Shown: piece after piece, positions 51,567-64,000 of the stretch
Numbering within the stretch: position 1 is the stretch's first letter
Layout: each line of letters opens with the position of its first letter
Origin: Octopus sinensis
Lineage: Eukaryota
Assembly: GCF_006345805.1 (NCBI RefSeq)
Contig: NC_043000.1
Coordinates: 127,472,001-127,536,000, forward strand
DNA length: 64,000 nt
Direction: 5' to 3'
Program-made: the position numbers and the translations under genes
Notes under the pieces: generated by a model
Database searches by the model: none
Told to the model about the DNA's origin: nothing
What the model saw: only the letters and a program-made list of their open reading frames with translations

Positions 51567-52653
51567 TTAATTTTATAAATAAAATTATTTATAATTAATT
51601 TTGGTTGGGGTGATAAAGGAATAAAAATTTTAGGTTAAAGTAACTTCCTTAATTTGTAATTTGGTAATGATGAGGTGGCAGGGTGCATCCTGGGAATAGA
51701 AGAACAAGAAGGGTGGATGGGTAGCTGTTGCAAGATTGTATGGAGAGAGTGAAGGCTGGTTTAAATATGAGTTGGATAGAAAGTAGGGGAGAGGATATGA
51801 AAACTAGAAATAGGTTGGACTTATGAATATAGTGAATGGTGTACATAAAATAGGGGTACATCTTGTAAGCCAGCAAATGAGGTATAGAAGGCTAAAACTG
51901 GCAAAGTAAATAATTGCATTTCTCAAGGGTTACCATGTAATAGTAAAAAAGATAAAAACACTTATGGAGCTGTTGAATGAAGTTTTCACTGTATGTTACC
52001 TGGAGTGAAAGAGATAGAGAATATGTTTACTGAATAACATTTTTTGTAAGAGTTATTCTGAAACAGAGAAAAAAACTATTTGGCCTTGGTGTAGTCATGG
52101 TTGGATGGTTAAGACATTTGCTTTGCAATCACATGGTTCCAGGTTCAATCTGAATGTGCAGAGTATTAGGCAAGCATCTTCTACTAAACACCCGAGTAAG
52201 TGAATATGAACAGAATTTAATTCACAGACACTGTACAGAAACTCATTATTTGTATATGTACATGTGTATGTGAGTGTATGTATGTGCATGTATATATTAC
52301 ATAATGTATGTGCATGTGAGTACACACACACACGTATATATATTTTTGATATGTCTGTGTTTGTGTGTTCGTGTCTGTATGTTTATATTTAACTAGAAGC
52401 CAGTGTTGTCATTAATGTTGCATCTCTTTATGCCTTGTAACTTAGCAATGTGACAAATAAAGATTGATAAAATAAGAAAGTAAGTACTAAACTGAAATAA
52501 TTACTAGGGTCAATACAATTGACTAAAAACGTTTGAAGGTGGTCGAGACTCCAGCATGGCCTCAGTTCAATGACTGAAACCACAAAAAAAAAATAGGATT
52601 AAAAATAAATTGATATTACTATTCTATATTTTTGAGATGTGGAATTATGTACT

Positions 52654-52863
52654 TTATTTACAATGGACAGATAGGTGTCCTCACCTTGTTTGTAGTTATC
52701 ACAACGTTTCAGCTGTTGTACTCTCCAGCCTTCATCAGGTGTTCTGGTGGAATTTTGAACCCATTTCCACCAGAACACTTGATGAAGGCTGGAGAAAACA
52801 TCAGCTGAAATGTCGTGATAGCAACAAACAAGGTTAAGACACTTATCCGTCCATTGTAAATAA
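52654..52863. repeat. 210-bp imperfect palindrome (99-bp arms, 12-nt loop) containing Penelope-type hammerhead motifs
   Basis: 52654-52752 pairs with 52765-52863 with scattered mismatches. Confidence 0.93.
52700..52741 (-). ncRNA. Minimal hammerhead-ribozyme-like motif
   Basis: cac-CTGATGA-a-ggctg-gagagtacaa-cagct-GAAA-cg-TT-gtg: intact core, 5-bp stem II, palindromic AACGTT stem III, 3-bp stem I. Confidence 0.55.
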
Positions 52864-53175
52864 TTTGATGTTATTTAATATTACAGATGAAATATTCTTA
52901 GAAATATTTTATGACAACTTGAAATGGAAGCATGTTAAATATGTTTGACGTAAAGAAGACTTAGAAGTCTATGAGGGTGGTGGAGTGATTCTAGAAAAGA
53001 ATGGGACAGTATTTCATTCATATTCTTTCTATGACATCAGAAAATGGCAGGATTCAAATAAAAACAGAAAATATTTGCAAAGACTTTGTCAACTATTATT
53101 GTCATAGAGTTGATAGTCTTCTGTTAATGCTTGAAATAACATCAGAGAAGGTATGCATATCTGTATGTATGTGTA

Positions 53176-53221
<46 letters not shown>

Positions 53222-53265
53222 TGTATGTGTGTGTGTATGTGTGTATGTATGTGTGTATGCATGCA

Positions 53266-53300
<35 letters not shown>

Positions 53301-53496
53301 TTTAAGTCATTTACTTGTTTCAGTCATTTGACTGCACCCATGCTGGAGCACTGACATGTATTATATGTGTATGTGTGTGTTTATATATGTGGTGGGGGTG
53401 ATACAGATAGGAAAATAAAACTCAATACATGAGTATATGAGCCAATGCACAAAACTCCAGGCCATTGTATCATTTTATAATTATTGTTGATTAAAT

Positions 53497-53533
<37 letters not shown>

Positions 53534-54628
53534 GCACACATTATAATGAATGATTGAAGATTTAGACTCATTGTTATGGCATGCATGTGTGTGCATGTGC
53601 ATTTGTATATGTGAAAATGTATGAAAAAAATATACATGAGTATGAGAGAGAAAGATAGTCCAAATGGGATCAAAAGAGACCTTATGAAATGAAAAGATGA
53701 GATATGACAGAGAGGAGGAAAACGAGAAGATGTAACAGATAAATGAGAATAAATCAGAGTAATGGAGAAAGACAACAAATGTGAGAGAGAGAGACAAAAG
53801 TAAAAAGAGAGTAACTGTCAGAGAGAGCTTCGTACAGTCAGCAAGAACGACATTGAAAGAGAGAGAGAGAGAGGATAAGACAGAGAGAGAGCGATGTAGA
53901 AAGAGAGAGAGAGGGTAAGACAGATCTTATATATGTATAAAAATGATATTTACAATTTAATAAATCCAGTTGAATACAATCTGTACAGAATATCATTCTG
54001 TAATATTCTGAGGTTTGGAGGGAAAAAAAAATAAAAACGAAAGACGAAAAGTCGATTTTCTCAGAGCAAGGTACTGTCACAAATTGAAACAAATGGCTTC
54101 TCTTCAAATGTTTTATATAAAGTTACTTTAGTTATAATTTCTTTAGCTTTTGCTTAAATAAAGGTGAAAAAAACACAGCTCAATAAAAAGGCTGTTTTAT
54201 GCATAGTTTTTCAAGTGGGGGTGATGTAGATAAGTATGAAACTGTGGCCAAAGTATGAAAACCGGTCGCACACAAATGCAAATGACAAAGAATTAAAAAG
54301 TATTTCGGGAAAGGTGGAGAATAATAACTGGGAAATGTTTGCAACAATGGAAAATAAAATGAATATAAGAACAAGGACTCCATTTATTTCTTTCAACAAC
54401 CACAAAACAATGTTTTGTAGAAAAATAGAAATAGAATTAAAATGTCACATACTTGTAAATATGCAACCTGTTGAATATTGAATAGCGTTTTCTGTTGCAC
54501 ATTAATTATAAACAATGTTACCATTGTTTAATAGAACCAGTGTATACCTGCCAGTATCATTATATGAGAAACAGAGAGAGAGAGAGAGAGAAAGTGAGAC
54601 ACACACACAACACACACACTGATTTATT

Positions 54629-54709
54629 GGCTCTGAAGAAGCTATAAGATGTTGCACAAGCACTTATCTCTGAGTGCATAACTTCTTATAGCAGAAACAG
54701 CTTTAAGCT
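54629..54709 (+). ncRNA. Type I hammerhead-like motif with one stem III mismatch
   Basis: ggct-CTGAAGA-a-gctataaga(loop)tcttatagc-a-GAAA-cagct-t-TA-agct; 9-bp perfect stem II. A related copy at 60573-60590 shows the intact form gaaacagctgtaagct on the minus strand. Confidence 0.55.
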
Positions 54710-55779
54710 AATGAAGGTGTTTATGTAACTCTTGTTCTCTTGTTATTCATTTAGATATATATATATATATATATTTATATATAATATAAATTGAAGTGTA
54801 CAGTATTTTATATCCATTAGAGCTGATCTTAGCAATTGTTTCACACTAGGGGTTCATCAAATATGTAACCCTGTACTCTTCAGAGGTAACCATTATGAAA
54901 TGAAATATGGCGACTGCTCTCTCTCTCACACCATATATATATATATATATATATAACCAATTTAGAGACGAACCACCATTCCACAACTCAGTCAATGAAG
55001 AATTAGTATTTTGTATGGTATATGTCTTACAGCATGGTTTTGACTGAGTTGTGGAATGGTGGTTCATCTCTAAATTAGTTATATACATATATTATATATT
55101 ACGAAATTAGATCTAATATTATTATACTGAATTTTGCCTGTAAGGCTGGAATAATAATTTATTCCCTAATATTATTATTATAAACACACACACACACACA
55201 TACACATATATATAAAACTGTGGTTAGATGGAATTATAATTTTATAAGAAATTATTTTCTGAAAGCCAGATCAATGTATTTGGGAAAATATGGAATTTGT
55301 AGTTACTTTTTCCTAAGGAAAAATTCTCTATTTGCAAGGTAGGGACAAAGAAAATACAAGCATGAAAAGTTATTTTTTTGTTTCAAGACAAGAAATGAAA
55401 TCACCTGTCCCTAAAATATGCACTATCATTAGTCTGTTGAGACAGGATTTAAAACAAAAGGTTGTATCATAGGGGTTTTCGTTACTATGTATACAAGATA
55501 CCTGGATGAAAGAAGATATACTCCCACATTCAATGCAAATCAACGATTCACACACCTACATATCAATATCTGCTGCAAGATTGATTTTCATTTTAAAAAG
55601 GATTTCTATTTTTACTCGTGCATGACCTGCTGTGTCATATCAGGAACAAACAATCCTCTGCTTCATTGAAATATGAGTATATTTGCAAGAAAGGATTAAG
55701 TAACAGAAAGCAAAATAATATTGAAATAAAAGAAACAATTAACCCTTTAGCTTTTAAACTGGCCATATCCGATATTATT

Positions 55780-56030
55780 TAACATTTATGGTATGGTGCA
55801 TTTTAGAAAAACAAGTAAGGAGTTGTTATCCTCTACCATCATCACTTCAAGAACTGGAGATTATTTTAGCTGAAGAATGGACAAAAATTCCTTTGGAAAC
55901 AATTCAAACTTTGTACGAATCCATACCTCATAGAATTCAATCTGTAATTATTGCCAAAGGTAGTCCTTACCCCATATTAAAATAAATTTGTTTGAAATTT
56001 TAAGGTGTTTCCATTATTTTGTCCAACCCT

Positions 56031-56033
<3 letters not shown>
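55780..56033 (+). mobile_element. Tc1-like transposon 3' fragment
   Basis: WCILEKQVR...SLQELEIILAEEWTKIPLETIQTLYESIPHRIQSVIIAKG followed by TIR-like ggtgtttccattattttgtccaacccttgt. Confidence 0.85.
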
Positions 56034-56090
<57 letters not shown>

Positions 56091-56598
56091 ATATATACAT
56101 ATATATATTCTTTATGCATCTTCACACAAAAATTCTGATATATATTTTATCAAAACAAGTTTACTGAACACAAATACACACACACATTCTGGTTATTACT
56201 TGTAGAAACGTATAACTACCCACCTATGCATGATTTCTGTTTAATCTAATAGAAAGAACAGGTACATACAAAACTCTTGTAAGCCATTTTCCCTCTAAGC
56301 TGTGCATTTGTGTGTAAACAAACATTTTACATTTAGGAGAGGGAAAGTGTCCATACGCAGGCTTTCAAAATGAAATGGTTATTTGCATAGATACGCATAA
56401 ACTTTGCAAAGAAATTCAAATTTCTGTACAAGTTCATGGCAAAACATTAGAGGGGACATAGTTTGTAAGATTCTAGACAAAAGAAGATCTGCATCCAGAA
56501 TCTTATGTTATTGCAGATTAACTTTAAAAATTATTAATTGTAGTTATGTGAACTGCATAGTGGCTTCACTAGAGCTGGTGCCATGAAAAAAAACACCA

Positions 56599-58171
56599 TA
56601 CATGATATCAAAAAGTTCCTGGACTTGTTATGTAGAATGCCAACAGATGGCAGCACACAGTTGTATGTGCAGTGAGAGGTACCAGTGACCTTCATGAAGC
56701 AGTGTGTCAGGTGACATCACTGTGTTTACTTCACAAGTTGTGAAATTTGTGTTTTTGTGAAACACATGTATGCTGTAGTCTGCGATTTTGTCATGGGTGG
56801 GAACAAAGAGCCAACATGAAATTTTGCATTAAACTTGGAAAGTCTGCTACAAAAACATTGAGCATGCTTTGGCAAGCTTACAGTGATGAGGCAGTGGGTC
56901 ATACACAATGTTTTGAGTGGCACAGGCACTTCAAAAGCAGAAGAACATCTCTGGCAGACAATGAGTGATTTGGTAGGCCTGCCACAAGTGTCAACCCCAA
57001 AAGCATGGTACTATGTATCATGAATTCATTCCCCAGGGCCAGACTTTCACTTGAGAGTTCTACTGTGACATTTCGGAGACACATGGCCTAGTGGTTACAG
57101 CAGAGGACTCGCGGTCAAGGAATCGCGGATTCGAATTTCAGACTGGGCAATGTGGGTGTTTATGAGCAAAACACCTAAGCTCCATGCAGCTCCAGCAGAA
57201 GGTAATGGCAAACTGACTCTTTCGCCACAACTTTCTCTCACTCTTTCCTCCTGCATCTAGCAGCTCACCTGCGACGGACCAGCATCCCGTCCAAGTGGGG
57301 AACCTATACGCCAAGAAAACCGGGAAACCGGCCCTTATGATCCAGGAATGGCTTGTGAAGGAACAAACTGTGACATTTTGAAGGATTTAGGGGAGGACAG
57401 TCAATGAAAGTGACCAGATCTGTGAAGTGTGAAGGCTTCGATTCTTCATGGTGACAATGCACTCTGTCACTGAGTTCTCCTCATTTGTGAGTTTCTCACC
57501 AAAAACAGTATGGTATTGCTTCCACACCCACCATATTCACCAGATTTAGTGCCTGTGGACCTCCATCACTTTCCCAAGATGAAAACGCAGCTCAAAGGTC
57601 ACCGTTTTAACACCATTGTTGAGATCCAGAGTGAATTGCAGAAGGTCTTCCAGGAAAATGACTGCCATTGGCACAGGTGTGGCTGTGTGGTAAGTAGCTT
57701 GCTTACCAACCACATGGTTCTAGGTTCAGTCCCACTGTGTGGCACCTTGGGCAAGTGTCTTCTACTATAGCCTCAGGCTGACCAAAGCCTTGTGAGTGGA
57801 TTTGGTAGGTGGAAACTGAAGGAAGCCCATTGTGTGTGTGTGTTTGTGTTTGTCCCCAACATCACTTGACAACCGATTCTGGTGTGTTTACGTCCCTGTA
57901 AATTCAGCAAAAGAGACCGATAGAATAAGTACTAGGCTTACAAAGAATAAGTCCTGAGGTTGATTTTTTCGATTGAAGGTGGCGCTCCAGCATGGCCACA
58001 GTCAAATGACTGAAACAAGTAAAAGAGTTGGATTCCAAAAGTAGCAGGAATGCTGGCACCAGTGTATAGCTGGACAATGCGACTATTTTGAAGATGGTGT
58101 TAAAACTTGGGTAAATAAGTTGTTTTTTATGAAACATAACTAGTCCAGGAATCTTTTGATGCCACCTTGTA
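56599..58171 (+). mobile_element. Degenerate mariner element interrupted by two SINEs
   Basis: Imperfect TIRs (tacatgatatcaaaaagttcctggact / agtccaggaatcttttgatgccaccttgta); N-terminal IKFC-like MKFCIKLGKSATKT...FEWHRHFK and C-terminal PHPPYSPDLVPVD...KMKTQLKGHRF. Confidence 0.88.
57075..57366 (+). mobile_element. SINE family D copy with 12-bp TSD inside the mariner
   Basis: TSD actgtgacattt at 57062-57073 and 57367-57378. Confidence 0.9.
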
Positions 58172-60144
58172 TACATTCTGTTAAGTAGTTGGCATACATT
58201 AAGGAGAACATTCAGTTGTAGCAACCTTGGATGAGCAGACATTGGAGCAGAATGGAGTCCTCTGATCCAATCAGCTCTTATCAAACCATTTGACTCTTCC
58301 CAACATAAAAGACAGAGTTAATAGACATTAACGACAGAGACTGCAACAATAACGACAAACTCTTTTAAATTTCAACCTAAATTATTGTATCTCAGTTATA
58401 GTAACCATTGTTCGTTTATGTTAATTACTGATTCATCAAAAATTAATGTATTCATGGTTCAAAACGTAATCTAATAATTATCATTAACATAATACAGAGA
58501 GCATTAAAAATTTAAAGCTAATTAGAAATATTTAATTGGCCAGCAAAGGTTGAATTCAGCCAATAGAATGACTTAATTTGTGGCGTGTAGTTTAGATTAT
58601 ATTAGGTCTTCACAGGCATCAAAATCATAGCCGTATATGTTATACCATTGAACATCATAACCATATGTCTCTCTTTCTCTCTCTCTCATATACACACAAA
58701 ATTTTATTTGTATCTATTTTTAAGAGAAGGCTTAACAGAAACATAAAATGGAACAGAGTAATTGGCAGCGTAAATAGATGGGAGAGAAGAGTGAATGAGG
58801 GTCATAAACATTAGCAAGTGACTGGTCTGTTTAATGACATCCCTACATGAGCTGCATGGTAATGAATAGGAGAGATTTACTGCTATCTTGAGTTACACAT
58901 GGAGTAGTGTGAGCATATATTTCATTAGTCCATTCAATGAAGACCTAACCCATGCCCTCCAAATTAAATAGAATCTTTTACTATTAATCATTTGAGCAGT
59001 TTGCATTTCTGCAGCTCATGCATCGTCGTCATCGTCATCATCATCATCATCATCATTGTTTAACGACCATTTTCCATGCTAGCATGGGTTGGATGGTTCG
59101 ACTGGAGTCTGGGAAGCCAGGAGGCTGCACCAGGCTCCAGTCTGATCTGGTAGTGTTTCTACAGCTGGATGCCCTTCCTAACGCCAACTACTCTGTGAGT
59201 GTAGTGGGTGCTTTTTACGTGCCACTAGCACAGGTGCCAGGGGAGGCTGGCAGCAGCCACGATTAGTTGGTGCTTTGTATGTGCCACCGGCACAGAAGCC
59301 GGTCAAGGCGGCACTGGCATCGGCCACGTTTGGATGGTGCTTTTTACGTGCCACTGGCACAGGTATCACAACGACAATTTTCATTTGATATTTATTTTGA
59401 TGTTGATGTACTTGACTCAATAGGTCTCATCAAGCACAGCAGGTCACCCTATGATCCAAGGTAAGCACAGCAGGTCGTTCTGCAATCCAAGGTACTTTGG
59501 ATGGGCTGGTTCAAAAAATGTTCTCATTTATATAATACATATGTGAATGTCAATCAGCTGAAACAGATAACAGTAATATATTTGTATCTGTTATAAACTA
59601 TCAAAGAAGTAATTAAAGAACACTGGTTCTAAGGAAACATGGGTTCTAAAGAATCATTAATTCTGAGAAAACATGCTTTCTAAGAAAGCAGATATTCTGA
59701 GAAAACCTAGATTCTAAAAAAAGGACTACAGGGTATGGAATTTATGAGTCTGCAAGTGAAATGCCAGATATCTGCTGTAATGCATCAAACAGGATATTAA
59801 AAAGTTTATTTTCATTTTCCATCACTTTCAAGAATTTCTGTATTCGTTTTGCTGTTTTTATATAACACATGGCATGAATCACCAAAAATTTTTATCTGGC
59901 AATCAAACCATAAAAACTGCTTATTTCCTAGTACTTTAGTGAACACAAGCAGCAGAGTTTACATTGTTGAAGACTTGGTTTGGGTTTGTTAGTGATACAT
60001 TTCATGCAATAAGATCTATTAATTTCCTAGAAGACTTTAGCTCAACTTCAATAGAAATTATAGAATTTTATATAGACGCACGCATGCATGCACGCACACA
60101 CACACACACATACATACATATAAGAGAACAAAGTGTACGTACAC

Positions 60145-60205
<61 letters not shown>

Positions 60206-61017
60206 AAATAATCAGCAAATTTGCGAGGATAATATGGTGCTTAACTGAAGAAAGAAAACTTCGAATGACCCGTCCTTGTTTTGTTTGTATCGTCTATCTG
60301 GATGTTTTGTTGTCCCTTTTTGTATCACCTAGTTGTCCAGATGTTTTGTGTTCTTGTCCCATTTTGTATTTTTACATACACACACACATACATACATACA
60401 TACACACATACATACATTACATATATTACATACATACATTACATACATACAAATTCACTGAGGTATAGAGATGCTAAGAACCAGTCTATGCTTTAGAGTA
60501 AAGCATCAGGTGAATAGAGAGTGTAATGTCAATCAAAGAACAACAAAAGAATAGGAATTGCATATTCACTACCATTAGCTTACAGCTGTTTCTTTGATAA
60601 GAAGCATTGCACTCTGAGCTGAGGACTCATGCAGTGAACTCTGAGAAAGCTATAAGATGTTGCCCAAGCTCAAAAAATAATGCTTCTCATTACAGAAACA
60701 GCTGGTAAGCTAATGAAAGATATTACTGAAATCTTATTCTTCTCCCTCCCTCTCTCTGTATGTGTGTGTATATATATCTATATGTACATATATATATAGA
60801 TAGATAGATAGATATATATCTCTTTACTCTTTTACTTGCTTACAAACCATGTGGTTTGTAAGCAAGCTACTTACCACAGAGCCACTCCTATGCCTATACT
60901 TTATTTATTTATTATACCAATATTGAATATATAGATTTTTATATATTCTTTGCTTTGGATTGAACCGGCGGTCTTCTTGGATGTTTAACATCACATTGAA
61001 GGATTTAGGCCTTTACT

Positions 61018-61077
<60 letters not shown>

Positions 61078-64000
61078 ATATATACATATATATATATACA
61101 TATATATATATACAACCCATGCTAGCATGGAAAGCGGACGTTAAATGATGATGATGATGATATATATATATATATATATATATTAAATAAAATGAGACAA
61201 TAAGACCAAGGCTGTGTGAAATGTTCAGGACATTTATAAAGAGTGAGTTAGTCTCGCTGTTGTCTCATTTTATTTAACATATACATGCTCATACAAGATC
61301 TGCATTAGACTCCTCACTTGTATCATTATCGAACAGAGAGTTTAACTATGGTCCTCCCACAGAACTTACATAGCATTACCTGCCACCTTGGGTCTTCTGG
61401 ATACCAACACCTCTCATATATATATATATATTTTATTTTGCTTCAGTCATTTGACTGTGGCCATGCTGGAGTACCACCTTTAGTCGAGCAAATCGACCCC
61501 AGGACTTATTCTTTGTAAGCCTAGTACTTATTCTATCGGTCTCTTTTGCTGAACCACTAAGTTACGAGGACGTAAACACTACAGCATCAGTTGTCAAGCA
61601 ATGTTGGGGGGACAAACACAGACACATAAACAAATATATATATATAATATATATATATACATGACAGGCTTCTTTCAGTTTCTGTCTACCAAATCCACTC
61701 ACAAGGCTTTGGTCAGCCTGAGGCTATAGTAGAAGACACTTGCCCAAGGTGCCATGCAGTGGGACTGAACCTGGAACCATGTGGTTGGTAAGCAAGCTAC
61801 TTACCACACAGCCACTCCTATGCCTATATATATATATATATATATACATACTGAGAAGAGGTAGCGGTAACAGAAGAGGAAGAAAGGTGAGAGTTGTGAA
61901 ACAAAACCATTTCATGAACAATATATAATATCTTAATTTAAAATATCGTGGATTATTAAATAAATGCTTACAATTTGAACCCTTACTCTCAATATTGTTA
62001 TACTTTGAGATAAGATACATATCTTTGTCTCAGTCTGTTTTGCTGACAACAGGTAACACTATTACAAAACGGCCAAGTTCAAAATGTTTTACTCCAATAA
62101 TATATATCATCATCATCATCATCGTTTAATGTCCGTTCTCCATGCTAGCATGGGTTGGACGGTTCGACCGGGGATCTGGGAAGCCAGAAGGCTGCACCAG
62201 GCTCCGGTCTTATCTGACAATGTTTCTACAGCTGGATGCCCTTCCTAACACCAACCATTCCGTGAGTGTAGTGGGTGCTTTTTACGTGCCACCTGCACTG
62301 GTGCCAGGCGAGGCTGGCATCGGCCACGGTCGGATTGGTGCATTTTACGTGCCACCTGCACGGAAGCCAGTCGAGGCGGCACTGGCTTCGGCCACGATTC
62401 GGATGGTGCTTTTTACATGCCACCGACACGGAAGCCAGTCGAGGCGGCGCTGGCATCGGCCACGATTCGGATAGTGCTTTTTACGTATCTCCAGTCCAGG
62501 GGTCCTGGCATCTGCCGGGTGCCAGTCATAGGACTGGTTCAATTTCAATTTTTTTATATATATATATATATATATAAATGTCCATATCAACTAATATATT
62601 CACAAGCCAGCTTCATTGACCCTCCCAAAATAAGGATATTGGCTCCTACATGAGTTCCATGGAAATAATGTTTGGTTTTAATTGATAATAGAAAGCGGAA
62701 CTGTGAGAAGAAAGCATTTCTTTTGAAATACATCCCTCAATATTAATCAGCTCTAAACTTTCTCAATGCTTCTTGTTTTTGGCAAAGACTTTCTCTCAGT
62801 CTTATTTCACCAGAAATATAGCAATATTTTTTTATCAAGTTCATGCTAAGAAAGCAATATTGCATTTTGTAATATGTTACGCAATCGAAGGAGATTTTCC
62901 CCTTTCTTTTCTCGTTTTGCAAGTTACTTAGTGACATGACAAAAAAGAAAACAAAAAAAAATCACCATTACACACTGGAAAGTGCTTTGGTGATTAGGAA
63001 GGGCATTCAGCCAAAGAAACTATGTTGACATTGAAACTCAACACAGACCTGCATCTCATTAGATCCTGTCTAACCATCCAATCTATGCTTGCAAGGAAAA
63101 CAGATGCAAAATGATGAGAAAAAGTGAAACAGGATTCATCACTTTCAGGTTTTTCCAGTTTGGTGAGATTAATGTAATTAACATTCAGTTTGAATGTTAA
63201 TTACATCAATTTCTGTTCCTCTTCTATGTTGTAGTCTGCACTTAAAATATGGGTGAGGACATAATCTGTTATAGGAAAGAAAAATTAGACAAAGTTATCA
63301 GTATGGGTGAAAAAAGCGGGGGTAGAGGTAGAAATGAATATGTCAAGTGAATCATCATCCACCTCATCATCATTATCATCGTTTAATGTCCGCTTTCCAT
63401 GCTGGCATGGGTTGGACGGTTTGACTGAGGGCTGGCAAGCCAGAAGGCTGCACCAGTCTGATCTGGCAAAGTTTGTACAGCTGGATGCCCTGAGAGAAAC
63501 AGTTACTTTGTTCAGAAGTACAAAAGTCACTACAGTAGCAATAAACAAATTGCCCAATAAGGAAGATAACTTCAGGTTTGTTTCAGTATTCTGACCTCCT
63601 TAGGAAAGCATAATCTAAGTAAAATGATTCTCTAAGTTAAATGTGCATGAGCACATATTTGTTGGCACAGGAAAATAGAATTGTTTAAAGAATAACCCAG
63701 GGACACCAGATACATGTAAAAACAACAGTTAAGATAGAGTTAACACATTTAATGCAACAAGCATTAAAATGCTAATAAGATATAAATATGTGGTGAGAGA
63801 AAAAGAAAATATTAGTCCATGACTAATAATATTTTTATTTCTCCATCATCAACAGGAAGCATATTTGGAAAAAGAAAAAGGTGGGATGGCCATAGCTGGA
63901 ATGAATTTGATCACATGTCAGTTCAATTAGGGTTGACAAGGAGCTAAACAGTAATGTATTACCATGAACTAGGAGAAAAAGCATTTATCATTACTATTTG

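Overview
AT-rich, microsatellite- and retroposon-dense eukaryotic genomic DNA. The repeat families look like those of an octopod cephalopod (recognition only, not verified by search). One protein-coding gene crosses the window on the minus strand: the 5' part of a nesprin-1/SYNE1 (MSP-300/ANC-1) homolog. Nine GT-AG exons (48483 down to 519, 1202 bp, about 400 aa) splice in frame into CH1, linker, CH2 and the first spectrin repeats. The start-codon exon was not securely found, and the gene continues past position 1. The introns hold a decayed Ty3/Gypsy element, a piggyBac transposase remnant and its MITEs, four Tc1/mariner remnants, R4/Dong-type and CR1-type LINE 3' ends, at least four SINE-like families and many simple repeats. 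The most unusual observations are five. The Gypsy element has no tRNA-type PBS; that position is complementary to its own LTR, as in Tf1-like self-priming. The same element carries a 99-bp foldback inversion. Penelope-type minimal hammerhead motifs occur, one inside a 210-bp hairpin. Three R4/Dong-type 3' ends are piled into one (TAA)n array. One nesprin exon begins with a 5' splice-site motif (recursive-splicing configuration). Almost all other ORF-track entries are microsatellite translations. Exon, LTR and TIR coordinates were counted by hand; repeat boundaries are approximate.
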